Positions 1 to 10,984 of a stretch of DNA of 64,000 bases are shown piece after piece. The stretch is from contig JBJTCG010000103.1 in NCBI GenBank assembly GCA_046091725.1, positions 1,210 through 65,209 on the forward strand. The letters are read 5' to 3'. Source of the DNA: Flavobacteriales bacterium. Its GTDB lineage: Bacteria; Bacteroidota; Bacteroidia; Flavobacteriales_D; Crocinitomicaceae. How positions within the stretch are numbered: the first letter of the stretch is position 1; every line of letters starts with the position of its first letter. The notes below the pieces were generated by a model. That model was given only the letters and a program-made list of their open reading frames with translations, did not search any database and was not told where the DNA came from. The position numbers were made by a program, and so were the translations under genes.

Positions 1-2
1 TG

Positions 3-2005
<2,003 letters not shown>

Positions 2006-2455
2006 TTGTCTCGTTTTAATCTTCGCGTTTACGCACTCATAATCAACGAACATAACGAGATTCTCGTTTCAGACGAATGTCGTTTTGGAAAATTTTTTAC
2101 CAAATTTCCAGGAGGTGGTGTCGAAAACGGAGAAGGAATTCTCGCAGCGCTCAAACGAGAACTTAGTGAAGAACTGAATCTGACGGATTACCCCGAACCC
2201 CAGTTCTTTTATTTCAATGAATTTCACCAGGCTTCCGCATTTGACAACAGTAATTTAGTTGCCTTTTATTACCGAGTTTCCATCCAGAAAAAAGAAGTGC
2301 CCCTTTCATCAGTGCCCTATGAAATCCCATTTTTTGAAGAACAAGAAAAGCAACGTTGGGTAGTGCTAAGTGAGCTTGAATCTTCTGATCTTACTTTTCC
2401 GATTGACCGAATTGTACTTGAGAAATTTCAAAAAGAATATGGGCTCTCTTTATAA
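2006..2455 (+). CDS. NUDIX family hydrolase
   Basis: Nudix box GGGVENGEGILAALKRELSEELNL. The TTG start directly abuts the eno stop codon. Confidence 0.8.
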   Translation: MSRFNLRVYALIINEHNEILVSDECRFGKFFTKFPGGGVENGEGILAALKRELSEELNLTDYPEPQFFYFNEFHQASAFDNSNLVAFYYRVSIQKKEVPLSSVPYEIPFFEEQEKQRWVVLSELESSDLTFPIDRIVLEKFQKEYGLSL

Positions 2456-2496
2456 AAGGAGCTTAGTAAAGGAATTTTCAATAAAATATTTAATGC

Positions 2497-3387
2497 TTAT
2501 TTCTTGAAATTCGAAGCTACAACAAGGTCTTTGGTGCCGTGGGTCCAAGAATAGAATCCTTCGCCACTCTTCACTCCTTTTTTACCAGCGGTAACCATAT
2601 TGACCAACAACGGACATGGCGCATATTTGGGATTGCCAAAACCATCGTGTAAAACTTCTAGAATAGCCAAGCAAACATCTAATCCGATGAAGTCAGCTAA
2701 TTGAAGTGGGCCCATCGGATGTGCCATTCCTAACTTCATGACCGTGTCAATTTCTTCTACACCAGCTACACCTTCAAACAAGGTGTAAATAGCTTCGTTG
2801 ATCATAGGCATTAAAATGCGGTTGGCAACAAAGCCCGGATAATCATTGACCTCTACCGGAACCTTAGCCAAGCTTCGGGAAGTTTCCATAATCAGTTGAG
2901 TCACTTCATCACTTGTTGAATAACCCCTGATGATTTCTACAAGCTTCATTACCGGGACCGGATTCATGAAATGCATACCAATTACTTTTTCTGGACGGTT
3001 TGTGACCGCTGCAATTTTAGTAATCGAAATTGAAGAAGTGTTTGTGGCAAGAATGACCTCAGGTGAGGTAAGTGCATCTAAATCTTTAAAGATTTTTAAT
3101 TTCAAGTCTACATTTTCAGTAGCAGCCTCTACAACTAACTCTACTCCTTTGACACCTTGAGACATGTCAGAAAAAGTATGTAGGTTTTGAAGTGTTTGGG
3201 CCTTTTGTTCTTCTGTCAAACCACCCTTTGCCACTTGGCGATCAAGGTTTTTGCCAATAGTTGCCATTGCTCGCTCTAGCGCGGCTTCAGATACATCAAT
3301 AAGATTCACTTGATAACCAAACTGAGCAAAGACATGTGCGATGCCATTACCCATTGTGCCTGCTCCAATTACTGCTACGTTTTTCAT
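2497..3387 (-). CDS. 3-hydroxyacyl-CoA / 3-hydroxybutyryl-CoA dehydrogenase
   Basis: Rossmann motif VAVIGAGTMGNGIA followed by an HFMNPVPVMKLVEI type core. Start set at ATG 3387 because a TATATTTG box lies 16 nt upstream, inside the longer ORF-track extension. Confidence 0.85.
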   Translation of the reverse strand: MKNVAVIGAGTMGNGIAHVFAQFGYQVNLIDVSEAALERAMATIGKNLDRQVAKGGLTEEQKAQTLQNLHTFSDMSQGVKGVELVVEAATENVDLKLKIFKDLDALTSPEVILATNTSSISITKIAAVTNRPEKVIGMHFMNPVPVMKLVEIIRGYSTSDEVTQLIMETSRSLAKVPVEVNDYPGFVANRILMPMINEAIYTLFEGVAGVEEIDTVMKLGMAHPMGPLQLADFIGLDVCLAILEVLHDGFGNPKYAPCPLLVNMVTAGKKGVKSGEGFYSWTHGTKDLVVASNFKK

Positions 3388-3403
3388 GTTTTTGAAATTT
3401 GGA

Positions 3404-3411
3404 CAAATATA
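3404..3411 (-). promoter_or_regulatory. Bacteroidetes -7 type promoter box TATATTTG upstream of the dehydrogenase gene
   Basis: Exact match to TAnnTTTG, 16 nt upstream of ATG 3387. Confidence 0.45.
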
Positions 3412-3454
3412 AGGTACCTCATGCAACTACACTAAAAAAACACAGGAATCCTTG

Positions 3455-3462
3455 TATCTTTG
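3455..3462 (+). promoter_or_regulatory. -7 type promoter box TATCTTTG upstream of the flippase gene
   Basis: Exact TAnnTTTG match, 6 nt before ATG 3469. The TTG start used by the ORF track lies inside the box. Confidence 0.4.
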
Positions 3463-3468
3463 TTTCAG

Positions 3469-4770
3469 ATGAGTTTTAAAATCAAAGGCAATACTTTCAA
3501 AACGAAGTTCTTAAGTTCTCTGGTCATTTTAATGTCAGGAACCGTCATTTCACAACTCATTGCACTGCTTTTTGCCCCGCTGTTGTCTCGCTTGTATACA
3601 CCCGCTCAGATGGGAGAGCTCGGTTTTTACATGAGGCTCACGGGTTTTATTTCAGCCATTGCAACTTTGCGTTATGAAGCTGCACTTCCACTACCAAAAC
3701 AAGACGCACATTCTTTTTTGTTATACCGACTCGCCTACCGTATTTCAATAATCGTATTAGCAGTCAGTGCGCTAGTTTTAATTTTTGTATTAAAAGCAGG
3801 TATCGGCATTCCATTTTCATGGTGGTTTTTCTTACTCACTATTATGGGTTCTGCTTGTATTGTCATCATCAATATCGGAACCAACTGGTCTGTTCGAATT
3901 GGAAAATACGGTATGATTTCTCGACAGAAAATCATCAATTCAAGCCTTTCCAATTTGCTAAAGTGGATTTTCTCTTTTTTTCAGCTACAAACCTTTGGTC
4001 TCATTTTAGCAACTTTCTTAGGTTACTTCGCTTCTTCCTTAGAATTCCTCTTTGATTTCAAAAAAATTCACCGCCGTTTTAATCATTACATTTCTAAAAA
4101 GAAAACCGCGGCGCTCATGCGCGAGCACAAAGATTTTCCGATTGTCAGCTTACCGCATGTCTTTGTAGATAACGCCCGTGAAATGCTGATAGCCACTTTT
4201 ATTTTTGGCTTTTATTCGGACATGATTTACGGTTCTTACAACCATTCCTATACCATGCTCAGGCTACCACTTTCTCTCATTGGAGTTTCTCTAGGGCAAA
4301 TTTTTTACAACCGAGCGTCTGAGCTTTACAATCAACAAAAAGCAATGATTCCATTGATCCAGAAAATGTTGTTAGGGTTGGTGCTACTTTCTTTAGTGCC
4401 ATTCGGCTTGCTCTATTTTTATGGGACCGAAATTTTCGGCTTTGTCTTTGGCTCCAATTGGCTAATTGCCGGTGCTTACTCTGAAACGATGTCTGTTTGG
4501 CTAATGGTGAATTTTATCCTTACCCCGATAGCCGCACTTCCAATGATTTTGAAAAAACAAAACATTTTCTTTTTGTTAGGTATAGGGAGTTCAATCATCC
4601 AAGTTCTGCCCTATTGGGCGCTCCACTGGGCTTATGGAAATTCAGCATCTGTATTTTTGCTGAGTTTACAAATCGTTTCGTATTCGCAAGCATTATGGCT
4701 AATTTTTACTATTGGCTTGCTCTATTATTATGCGCAACGCGCTGATCAAGCAGCTGGTCATATAGCTTAA
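3469..4770 (+). CDS. Oligosaccharide/polysaccharide flippase (Wzx-like, MOP superfamily)
   Basis: About 12 predicted TM helices. The N-terminal region (LMSGTVISQLIALLFAPLLSRLYTPAQMGELG) is typical of Bacteroidetes polysaccharide biosynthesis flippases. An alternative TTG start lies at 3460. Confidence 0.75.
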   Translation: MSFKIKGNTFKTKFLSSLVILMSGTVISQLIALLFAPLLSRLYTPAQMGELGFYMRLTGFISAIATLRYEAALPLPKQDAHSFLLYRLAYRISIIVLAVSALVLIFVLKAGIGIPFSWWFFLLTIMGSACIVIINIGTNWSVRIGKYGMISRQKIINSSLSNLLKWIFSFFQLQTFGLILATFLGYFASSLEFLFDFKKIHRRFNHYISKKKTAALMREHKDFPIVSLPHVFVDNAREMLIATFIFGFYSDMIYGSYNHSYTMLRLPLSLIGVSLGQIFYNRASELYNQQKAMIPLIQKMLLGLVLLSLVPFGLLYFYGTEIFGFVFGSNWLIAGAYSETMSVWLMVNFILTPIAALPMILKKQNIFFLLGIGSSIIQVLPYWALHWAYGNSASVFLLSLQIVSYSQALWLIFTIGLLYYYAQRADQAAGHIA

Positions 4771-5785
4771 AAAAGTGCTCCTGATTGACGCTCTTACTGG
4801 CTTTTTCCGCTATCAGTTTTTTATTTTCTGTTGCTACTTTTTTAGCGTCTAGGCAGATTGCCGCTTCTATATCAGCACTCAAATCTGAATGATAAATCAG
4901 GCCATTCTCGCCTGAATTGATCCATTCTTTATTGGCTGGCAGATTCGATACAATTGGAATACAACCGTGGGCCATTGCCTCTAATAAGCTAATCGCAGTA
5001 CCATCAGACTCCGGTATCGAAATATAGATATGTGCCTTAGCGTAATAATCATTGTTGTCCTCAGGTTTCAAAAACCCTACAAATTCATATGCTTCAGCAG
5101 GTAAATGAACTGCAGCTAATTGCTTTAAAATCGCGGTCTGACTACCACTTGCCCCAATGATTAACTTCCAGTCCGGATGCGCTTTTAAAAATGGAACGCT
5201 TTGAATGATGAGCTCATCAATCCGGTACAGATTTTCATGCATTCGATTGGAATAGATGAATTTCTCTTTTTTTTGTGGGGCTATTTGAGCGTTTATTTCA
5301 ACCCCAAAATTGGCTACTACAACCTTTTTTTCGGGCGCTAATTTTTGGATGGCGGTAGCCATATATTGCGCATCCGCGGTGATTCTTTGAGCGCGTTTCA
5401 AGACAAAACGCACCATTGCTTTGTAAAACCAATTCTTATTGGGCAACACAAGTACATCGCTACCCCATGTAGTGAGAACAAGGGGTTTGAAATGTGCATT
5501 TGCAAGCGTAGATATCAACCCATAGGAGTTGGCCTGGTGTACATGAATAATATCCGGATTGAAGTCCTGAATTATTTTTCGGAGTGCCTTAATGTTTTTA
5601 TAGATCCGAAATGGTTGCCTGAGGCTAAAATCTAGTTGTACCGCCTGGTGACCCTCAATGGCGTGTCCAGAAACCAATAATATTTCATCAAAATAGGGCG
5701 CTATTAAAGACTTAAAGTTCAACAAATGGGCATTACCCTTGCTGCTACCAATTAGCAATAATTTTTTATATGTTGAACCTCGCAT
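4709..5785 (-). CDS. Glycosyltransferase family 4 (GT-B fold)
   Basis: C-terminal E-x7-E type motif (ESDGTAISLLEAMAHGCIPIVSN) and an N-terminal GT4-like domain. Confidence 0.8.
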   Translation of the reverse strand: MRGSTYKKLLLIGSSKGNAHLLNFKSLIAPYFDEILLVSGHAIEGHQAVQLDFSLRQPFRIYKNIKALRKIIQDFNPDIIHVHQANSYGLISTLANAHFKPLVLTTWGSDVLVLPNKNWFYKAMVRFVLKRAQRITADAQYMATAIQKLAPEKKVVVANFGVEINAQIAPQKKEKFIYSNRMHENLYRIDELIIQSVPFLKAHPDWKLIIGASGSQTAILKQLAAVHLPAEAYEFVGFLKPEDNNDYYAKAHIYISIPESDGTAISLLEAMAHGCIPIVSNLPANKEWINSGENGLIYHSDLSADIEAAICLDAKKVATENKKLIAEKASKSVNQEHFFKLYDQLLDQRVAHNNRASQ

Positions 5786-6986
5786 CAGTTGTCATTAATC
5801 GTTCAAAAGCCCATGCCAAAGCTAGACAAAATAGCAATTCGATATTGCGCTCAGTGAGGGGATTATTGGTAAGTGCGCTGATGCTCATCAGCAAAATAAC
5901 TAGAATAAATGGCAAATAATGAGCACTTTTTGTGCGATACAGTTGCATAAAAGGAATGAAATACAAGAGTATATAAATCAACAAACCAAATAGTCCATAG
6001 CGCCAAGTCATGAGGATGTATTCATTTTCAGAATAAAGCCTATTGGTATAAAAATAGTGTTTGTACGGGCCATGTCCAAAAATTGGATATTCGAGAATTT
6101 GCTGACCCAACAAGGCCCAAGTTTCGAACCGACCCCTAACAGAACCACTGTACAATGCAGTTCCATCGAGTAAACTCGAACTGTAAGCCGAATACTTAAA
6201 AAAAGAAGTCGCTAGCATTAAGGCGAATAAGTAGGTTAAAATGAGCCCGGCAATGACGATTAACCATTGCTTACGGGTCCAAATTTTGGAATGAAAAATA
6301 CCCATAAAAAGAAATAACGCGAGAATAACAATTATGGAAGTTCTGGACTGACAGAGAAAAACCATTGTCAGGGCTATGAAGAAAAGGCCGAGTTGCTTTT
6401 TATTGAATTGCTTGGGTAGAAATAATATGCTGAAAAAAATAAAAAGCAGGGCATTGATGTTCGGATTTCCCATAGTGCCAACCATGCGTTTAACTGCGGG
6501 CTCGCCAAGCGAGTTTTTTCCAAAAAATTGAATTTGCAACCCACCATTGTAGTGCTCCTCTAAGAGTTGATTGATGCCAGGAAAATTATAAAAGTGTAAA
6601 AGATTAAGTACAACGAGAAGTAAAAATAGATAGGGTAAGTATTTTCGCAATAGGCTAAAATCTATTAACCCAAGAAATAACAGCAGTACACCGATCTTGA
6701 GCCACTTATAAATTTCAAAATAATCAGAAATGGTACTTGAATGCCCTTGAATCGCAATTGTAAAATAAACAAAACCAGCCATCACAAATGGCAAAAAATG
6801 AAAAGTGGAGCGTTTCAATTTGGGCCAATTCAAACCAATGAAAATGACAAGCACTGGAAAGAAAATATCTACCCAATGAATGGAAGGAAGTTGATCACCT
6901 AAATTTATTGCCGGCAAACATAGCGAAGCAAAAAGTAAAAAACCGCTAAGAATGGTAGGGAATTTATTACTTAGCCCATTCATCAT
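5766..6986 (-). CDS. Wzy_C / O-antigen ligase family membrane protein (candidate O-antigen polymerase)
   Basis: Polytopic membrane protein of 10 or more TM helices, with a periplasmic-loop motif (GHGPYKHYF...SENEYILMTWRYGLFG) like Wzy/WaaL proteins. Confidence 0.65.
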   Translation of the reverse strand: MMNGLSNKFPTILSGFLLFASLCLPAINLGDQLPSIHWVDIFFPVLVIFIGLNWPKLKRSTFHFLPFVMAGFVYFTIAIQGHSSTISDYFEIYKWLKIGVLLLFLGLIDFSLLRKYLPYLFLLLVVLNLLHFYNFPGINQLLEEHYNGGLQIQFFGKNSLGEPAVKRMVGTMGNPNINALLFIFFSILFLPKQFNKKQLGLFFIALTMVFLCQSRTSIIVILALFLFMGIFHSKIWTRKQWLIVIAGLILTYLFALMLATSFFKYSAYSSSLLDGTALYSGSVRGRFETWALLGQQILEYPIFGHGPYKHYFYTNRLYSENEYILMTWRYGLFGLLIYILLYFIPFMQLYRTKSAHYLPFILVILLMSISALTNNPLTERNIELLFCLALAWAFERLMTTDARFNI

Positions 6987-7542
6987 AATATGCGCTGAGT
7001 TCTGGGTATTGTCTGAGCTGACGCTCGTCTAATCTTCGTGTATCTCCAATTACTTTGGCCGGATTTCCGCTGATAATAGAAAAATCAGGATACGTACCTT
7101 TGAGATAACTGTAAGCCGCAATGAGGCAACCTTTACCAACCGTAGTTTTCGGCATAATGGTAGAATGCGGACCGACAAATGTAAATTTTCCGATATGAAT
7201 AGCCCCACGTTCATAGACTTGATGCTGGGGCTGATGGTATTGTTTGCCGTAAATCCGAATGGCCATATGACTTGAGTGGGAAGTCATGTTGATAAAAGTA
7301 GTGAGCTGACAACCCTCTTCAATAGTAATTCCTTGACTGGCTTCAATAAAATTATAATGGCCTATGTACACATTTTCGCCTAAAACGAGATTTTGAGGAT
7401 GATCAATAAAGGTGGTATTAGATATGCGAGTTTGGGCAATGCGCTTACCTTGGTTGTCGTAAATTCGCTGATTCATGGCTGGTTTAAACGACAAGAAAAA
7501 GCGCCTTAAAATTTTCTGAATGATTCCGTTTTTGTAATGCAT
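6967..7542 (-). CDS. Hexapeptide-repeat (left-handed beta-helix) acetyltransferase
   Basis: Repeated [LIV]G-x4 hexapeptide pattern (IGKFTFVGPHSTIMPKTTVGKGCLIAAYS). ATG 7542 is preferred over the TTG at 7557. Confidence 0.8.
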   Translation of the reverse strand: MHYKNGIIQKILRRFFLSFKPAMNQRIYDNQGKRIAQTRISNTTFIDHPQNLVLGENVYIGHYNFIEASQGITIEEGCQLTTFINMTSHSSHMAIRIYGKQYHQPQHQVYERGAIHIGKFTFVGPHSTIMPKTTVGKGCLIAAYSYLKGTYPDFSIISGNPAKVIGDTRRLDERQLRQYPELSAYYDEWAK

Positions 7543-7588
7543 GCCTTTCGATTGCAAGCGAAGTTATCAAAAACAAGCATATATTGAG

Positions 7589-7596
7589 TACTTTTG
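7589..7596 (+). promoter_or_regulatory. -7 type promoter box TACTTTTG upstream of the second GT4 gene
   Basis: Exact TAnnTTTG match, 20 nt before ATG 7617 and downstream of the ORF-track TTG 7584. This argues for the ATG start. Confidence 0.45.
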
Positions 7597-7616
7597 CTTT
7601 GAAGCGATTCATTAAA

Positions 7617-8744
7617 ATGACCAACACAGCACCACTAGCCAAGCCAAAAATTGTTCATCTTAGTAGTGCGCATTACGACCGCGATGTTCGCATCTTTTTA
7701 AAAGAATGTAAGTCATTGGCAGTGCTTTTTCCCGATCATGAAGTGCACCTAATTTTACCCGGTGTTGCTGCGCGTATAGAAGATGGCGTTCATATCCATA
7801 GTTCTGGTCCAAGGGGGAAATCCAAGTTTCACAGAATGTATTTGACCGTCAATCAGGTTTTTAAAAAAGCACTTGAACTAGATGGGGTCTGTTATCATCT
7901 TCATGACCCAGAGCTTTTACGACTCAGTTTGAAATTCAAAAAAAAAGGCAAGAAAGTTATTTATGATGCCCATGAAGACCTGCCACGTCAGTTCATTGGA
8001 AATTCAGGCTTACCCGCCAAGCAACTGTTGTCTAAACTCATAGAACACATCGAAAATTATTTCGCAAAACGAGTAAGTGGCGTAATCACCGCAACACCAT
8101 TCATTGCAGAACGCTTCAAAAAAATCAATGCCAACACCTTAGATATCAATAATTATCCGCTTGCGACTGAAATTGAACTCATTGAAGATGCCACTCAAGA
8201 AAAAGAGAATTTTGTTTGCTATATAGGTGGTATCTGGCCCTCACGTGGGCTTCAAACATTGGTAGATGCCTTTGAAACTGGCGAAACAAAATTAGCGCTA
8301 GCGGGCAAAATTGAACCTGAATTCAAAGCTTCTTTGCAGCAAAGCAAAGGTTGGAAAAACGTACAAGAACTTGGTTTTATTGACAGACAACAAGCTGTAG
8401 GGCTCAAACAAAAAGCGCTTGCTGGAATCGTCACCTTCTTGCCCTTGCCCAATCATGTCAATGCACAACCCAACAAGATTTTTGAATACATGTCTGCTGG
8501 CTTACCCGTTATTGGCTCTCATTTTCCTTTATGGCGTAACCTCATCGAAGACAAGTATTGTGGCATTTGTGTCGACCCAACCAATTCGGCAGAAATTGCC
8601 AGCGCTATCCAATATTTGATTACAAACCCAGAAGAAGCCAAACGCATGGGTGCCAATGGCAAAAAAATGGTTCAAAATATCTTTAATTGGAGCGCAGAAG
8701 AAAAAAAACTGCTTGCTTTTTATCAAAAAGTACTTGCATCATGA
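7617..8744 (+). CDS. Glycosyltransferase family 4
   Basis: GT-B architecture with the C-terminal motif NKIFEYMSAGLPVIGS. Confidence 0.8.
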   Translation: MTNTAPLAKPKIVHLSSAHYDRDVRIFLKECKSLAVLFPDHEVHLILPGVAARIEDGVHIHSSGPRGKSKFHRMYLTVNQVFKKALELDGVCYHLHDPELLRLSLKFKKKGKKVIYDAHEDLPRQFIGNSGLPAKQLLSKLIEHIENYFAKRVSGVITATPFIAERFKKINANTLDINNYPLATEIELIEDATQEKENFVCYIGGIWPSRGLQTLVDAFETGETKLALAGKIEPEFKASLQQSKGWKNVQELGFIDRQQAVGLKQKALAGIVTFLPLPNHVNAQPNKIFEYMSAGLPVIGSHFPLWRNLIEDKYCGICVDPTNSAEIASAIQYLITNPEEAKRMGANGKKMVQNIFNWSAEEKKLLAFYQKVLAS

Positions 8745-9964
8745 CCTTTGATAAAATTTATCAATTTGCCTTTTTGCTACTCAGTGCGCTCTGGATTCCA
8801 TTTCCGCAGTTGGGCGGTATTGGAATCGCTTTGTTTGCTTGTGTAGTCATCTATGGAGTTGCGAAGCAGGAACTGAAATTTGAAGTCAAACCCTTGTTTT
8901 TGGGTTTTATTGTTTTGTACCTGCTTTATGCTATTTCAGTTTGGCAGCGTTCAAATTTAAAATCCGATCTCCCTTTTTTAGAGTTCAAATTGTCATTTGT
9001 GATATTTCCTTTGTTGTTTAGTTTTCAACCTAAACAAAAAATCGAGCGCCAAAATATACTCAATACCTTTGTGATTGCTTGCACTGTACTTGGATTGTTA
9101 TACGTAATTCGGGCTTTTTACCTTTTTGTTACGACCGGGCAAACCCAAAGTTTCCATTCATCTTGGTTTGCTTACAATCATCATCCGAGCTATGCTGCAG
9201 CCTTTTTTTCTTTGGCTATTTTTTATTTACTCGAAACTTTAGAAAAGTTGGAGGGGAAAAATAAAATGGGAGTTGTTCTGCTCATTCTATTTCTAAGTTT
9301 ACTCCATTTTCCGCTTGAAAGCATGGCAGGTATCCTGATTTTAGGAAGCATTTTCTTGTATTATTTCATCCGCTGGACTAGCCAACGACTGACCAAAAAG
9401 TTATTTCTTGCAAGCGTCATGGCTTGTATCGCTTTTGTCATCAGTTTTCTAAGTTTTCAACCAGGGCTCCGAACCGATTTACAAAATACCCTTCAATCTA
9501 CGATCACCTACACCACAGATCCACAAAAATTCATCAGCAATTGTCCTCAAAAAATGTCCGGGAATCAGGCCAGACTTATTCTATGGACAACGAGTGCTCA
9601 AATCATTTCCGAACATCCATTTGGTGTTGGCATCACAGGTCTTGATATCGAAATGTCCAAAAAACTGCATCATTTAGGTTTCCACGAATTGGCAGCAAAA
9701 CACTGGAACCCGCACAATCAATACCTACAAATTACTGCTGAGCTTGGCTGGTTCGCTTTGATTTGGTTGTTAGCTATTATTTTCGCCTTAGGTCGGTTGG
9801 CTTGGCAAAGAAAGGATTTGATATTTTGTTTTCTCATCGCTAGTTTCGCCATCAATTGTCTTTTTGAAAGTATGCTGCAGAGACAGTCGGGGATTGTATT
9901 TTACTTATTATTTTTGAGTGCTTTCATTGCAATAATCAACCCACCAAAGCCCCTAAAAGCTTGA
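8741..9964 (+). CDS. Wzy_C / O-antigen ligase family membrane protein (candidate WaaL-type ligase or second polymerase)
   Basis: Polytopic membrane protein with the motif WNPHNQYLQITAELGW (the H-N-x-Y-L...E-x-G loop of the Wzy_C family). Its start overlaps the upstream stop as ATGA. Confidence 0.7.
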   Translation: MTFDKIYQFAFLLLSALWIPFPQLGGIGIALFACVVIYGVAKQELKFEVKPLFLGFIVLYLLYAISVWQRSNLKSDLPFLEFKLSFVIFPLLFSFQPKQKIERQNILNTFVIACTVLGLLYVIRAFYLFVTTGQTQSFHSSWFAYNHHPSYAAAFFSLAIFYLLETLEKLEGKNKMGVVLLILFLSLLHFPLESMAGILILGSIFLYYFIRWTSQRLTKKLFLASVMACIAFVISFLSFQPGLRTDLQNTLQSTITYTTDPQKFISNCPQKMSGNQARLILWTTSAQIISEHPFGVGITGLDIEMSKKLHHLGFHELAAKHWNPHNQYLQITAELGWFALIWLLAIIFALGRLAWQRKDLIFCFLIASFAINCLFESMLQRQSGIVFYLLFLSAFIAIINPPKPLKA

Positions 9965-10974
9965 AGCTAACAGTAGTCATCCCCTGTCGAAATGAACGTC
10001 CTTTTATAGAGGAATGCCTCAGTGCGCTTTACCAAGCAGCTTTACCCCAAGACTGCGAAATGCAAGTTTTTGTTGTAGATGGCATGAGTGACGACGGCAC
10101 AAGAGCTGTTATTGAAGCTTGCCAACTTCATTATCCAAATTTAAAACTCATCGATAACACCCGTCAACTGACACCCTTTGCATTCAATCTAGGTATTCAT
10201 GCTGGTGGAGCCGTTGATTACGTACAAATTATCGGTGCGCGCCATATCATCAGTAAAAATTACCTTACTGAATGTATCGAGAAACTTCAGACTGATCATA
10301 CAGTTTGGGGCGTAGGCGGTCAAATACAAAATGTGTCGGTAAACGACGTCGGACATCGGATATCGGCGGTGATGTCCTCAAGCTTTGGCGTGGGACTGGG
10401 GAATTTCAGAACGATGTCAGCATCGGGCTTCACAGACACTGTTACTAGCCCAATGTATCCTTATTGGGTTTTTGAAAAAGTCGGATTTTTCGATGAAATG
10501 CTCATCAGAAATCAAGACGATGACTTCAATTTTCGAATTTCTAAAGCAGGCGGAAAGCTTTATTTAATCCATCACATTTCGTTGAAGTACTACGTAAGAG
10601 CTACACTAGCAGGCCTCCGAAAACAATATTTTCAATACGGTTATTGGAAAGTTTTTGTCAATCAAAAACATGGCAACATGACCACTATCCGACAACTTTT
10701 TCCGCCGTTATTTGTAGCCTATTTGTGCTCTTTGTGCTTTGTATTTATACTGCCGAGTATCCTTCAAATCTTATACCTTTTTCCTTTGGGGCTTTATATT
10801 TCTGGGCTTATTTTTTTTGGTTTACAAATAGCAAAGCCAAAACTTTTTATTCAAACCACAATGCTATTCCCACTCTTACACCTTAGTTATGGTTTGGGAT
10901 ATCTTCTTGGTATTTTTGACTTTTTAATTTGCAAAAAGAAGCCGAGTAATAAACAAAAAGAACTTTCACGTTAA
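9961..10974 (+). CDS. Glycosyltransferase family 2 with C-terminal membrane anchor
   Basis: N-terminal LTVVIPCRNE, a DGMSDDGT (DxD-like) motif and an NQDDDFNFR motif. Its TTG start overlaps the upstream stop. Confidence 0.85.
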   Translation: MKLTVVIPCRNERPFIEECLSALYQAALPQDCEMQVFVVDGMSDDGTRAVIEACQLHYPNLKLIDNTRQLTPFAFNLGIHAGGAVDYVQIIGARHIISKNYLTECIEKLQTDHTVWGVGGQIQNVSVNDVGHRISAVMSSSFGVGLGNFRTMSASGFTDTVTSPMYPYWVFEKVGFFDEMLIRNQDDDFNFRISKAGGKLYLIHHISLKYYVRATLAGLRKQYFQYGYWKVFVNQKHGNMTTIRQLFPPLFVAYLCSLCFVFILPSILQILYLFPLGLYISGLIFFGLQIAKPKLFIQTTMLFPLLHLSYGLGYLLGIFDFLICKKKPSNKQKELSR

Positions 10975-10984
10975 AATCGAATAA

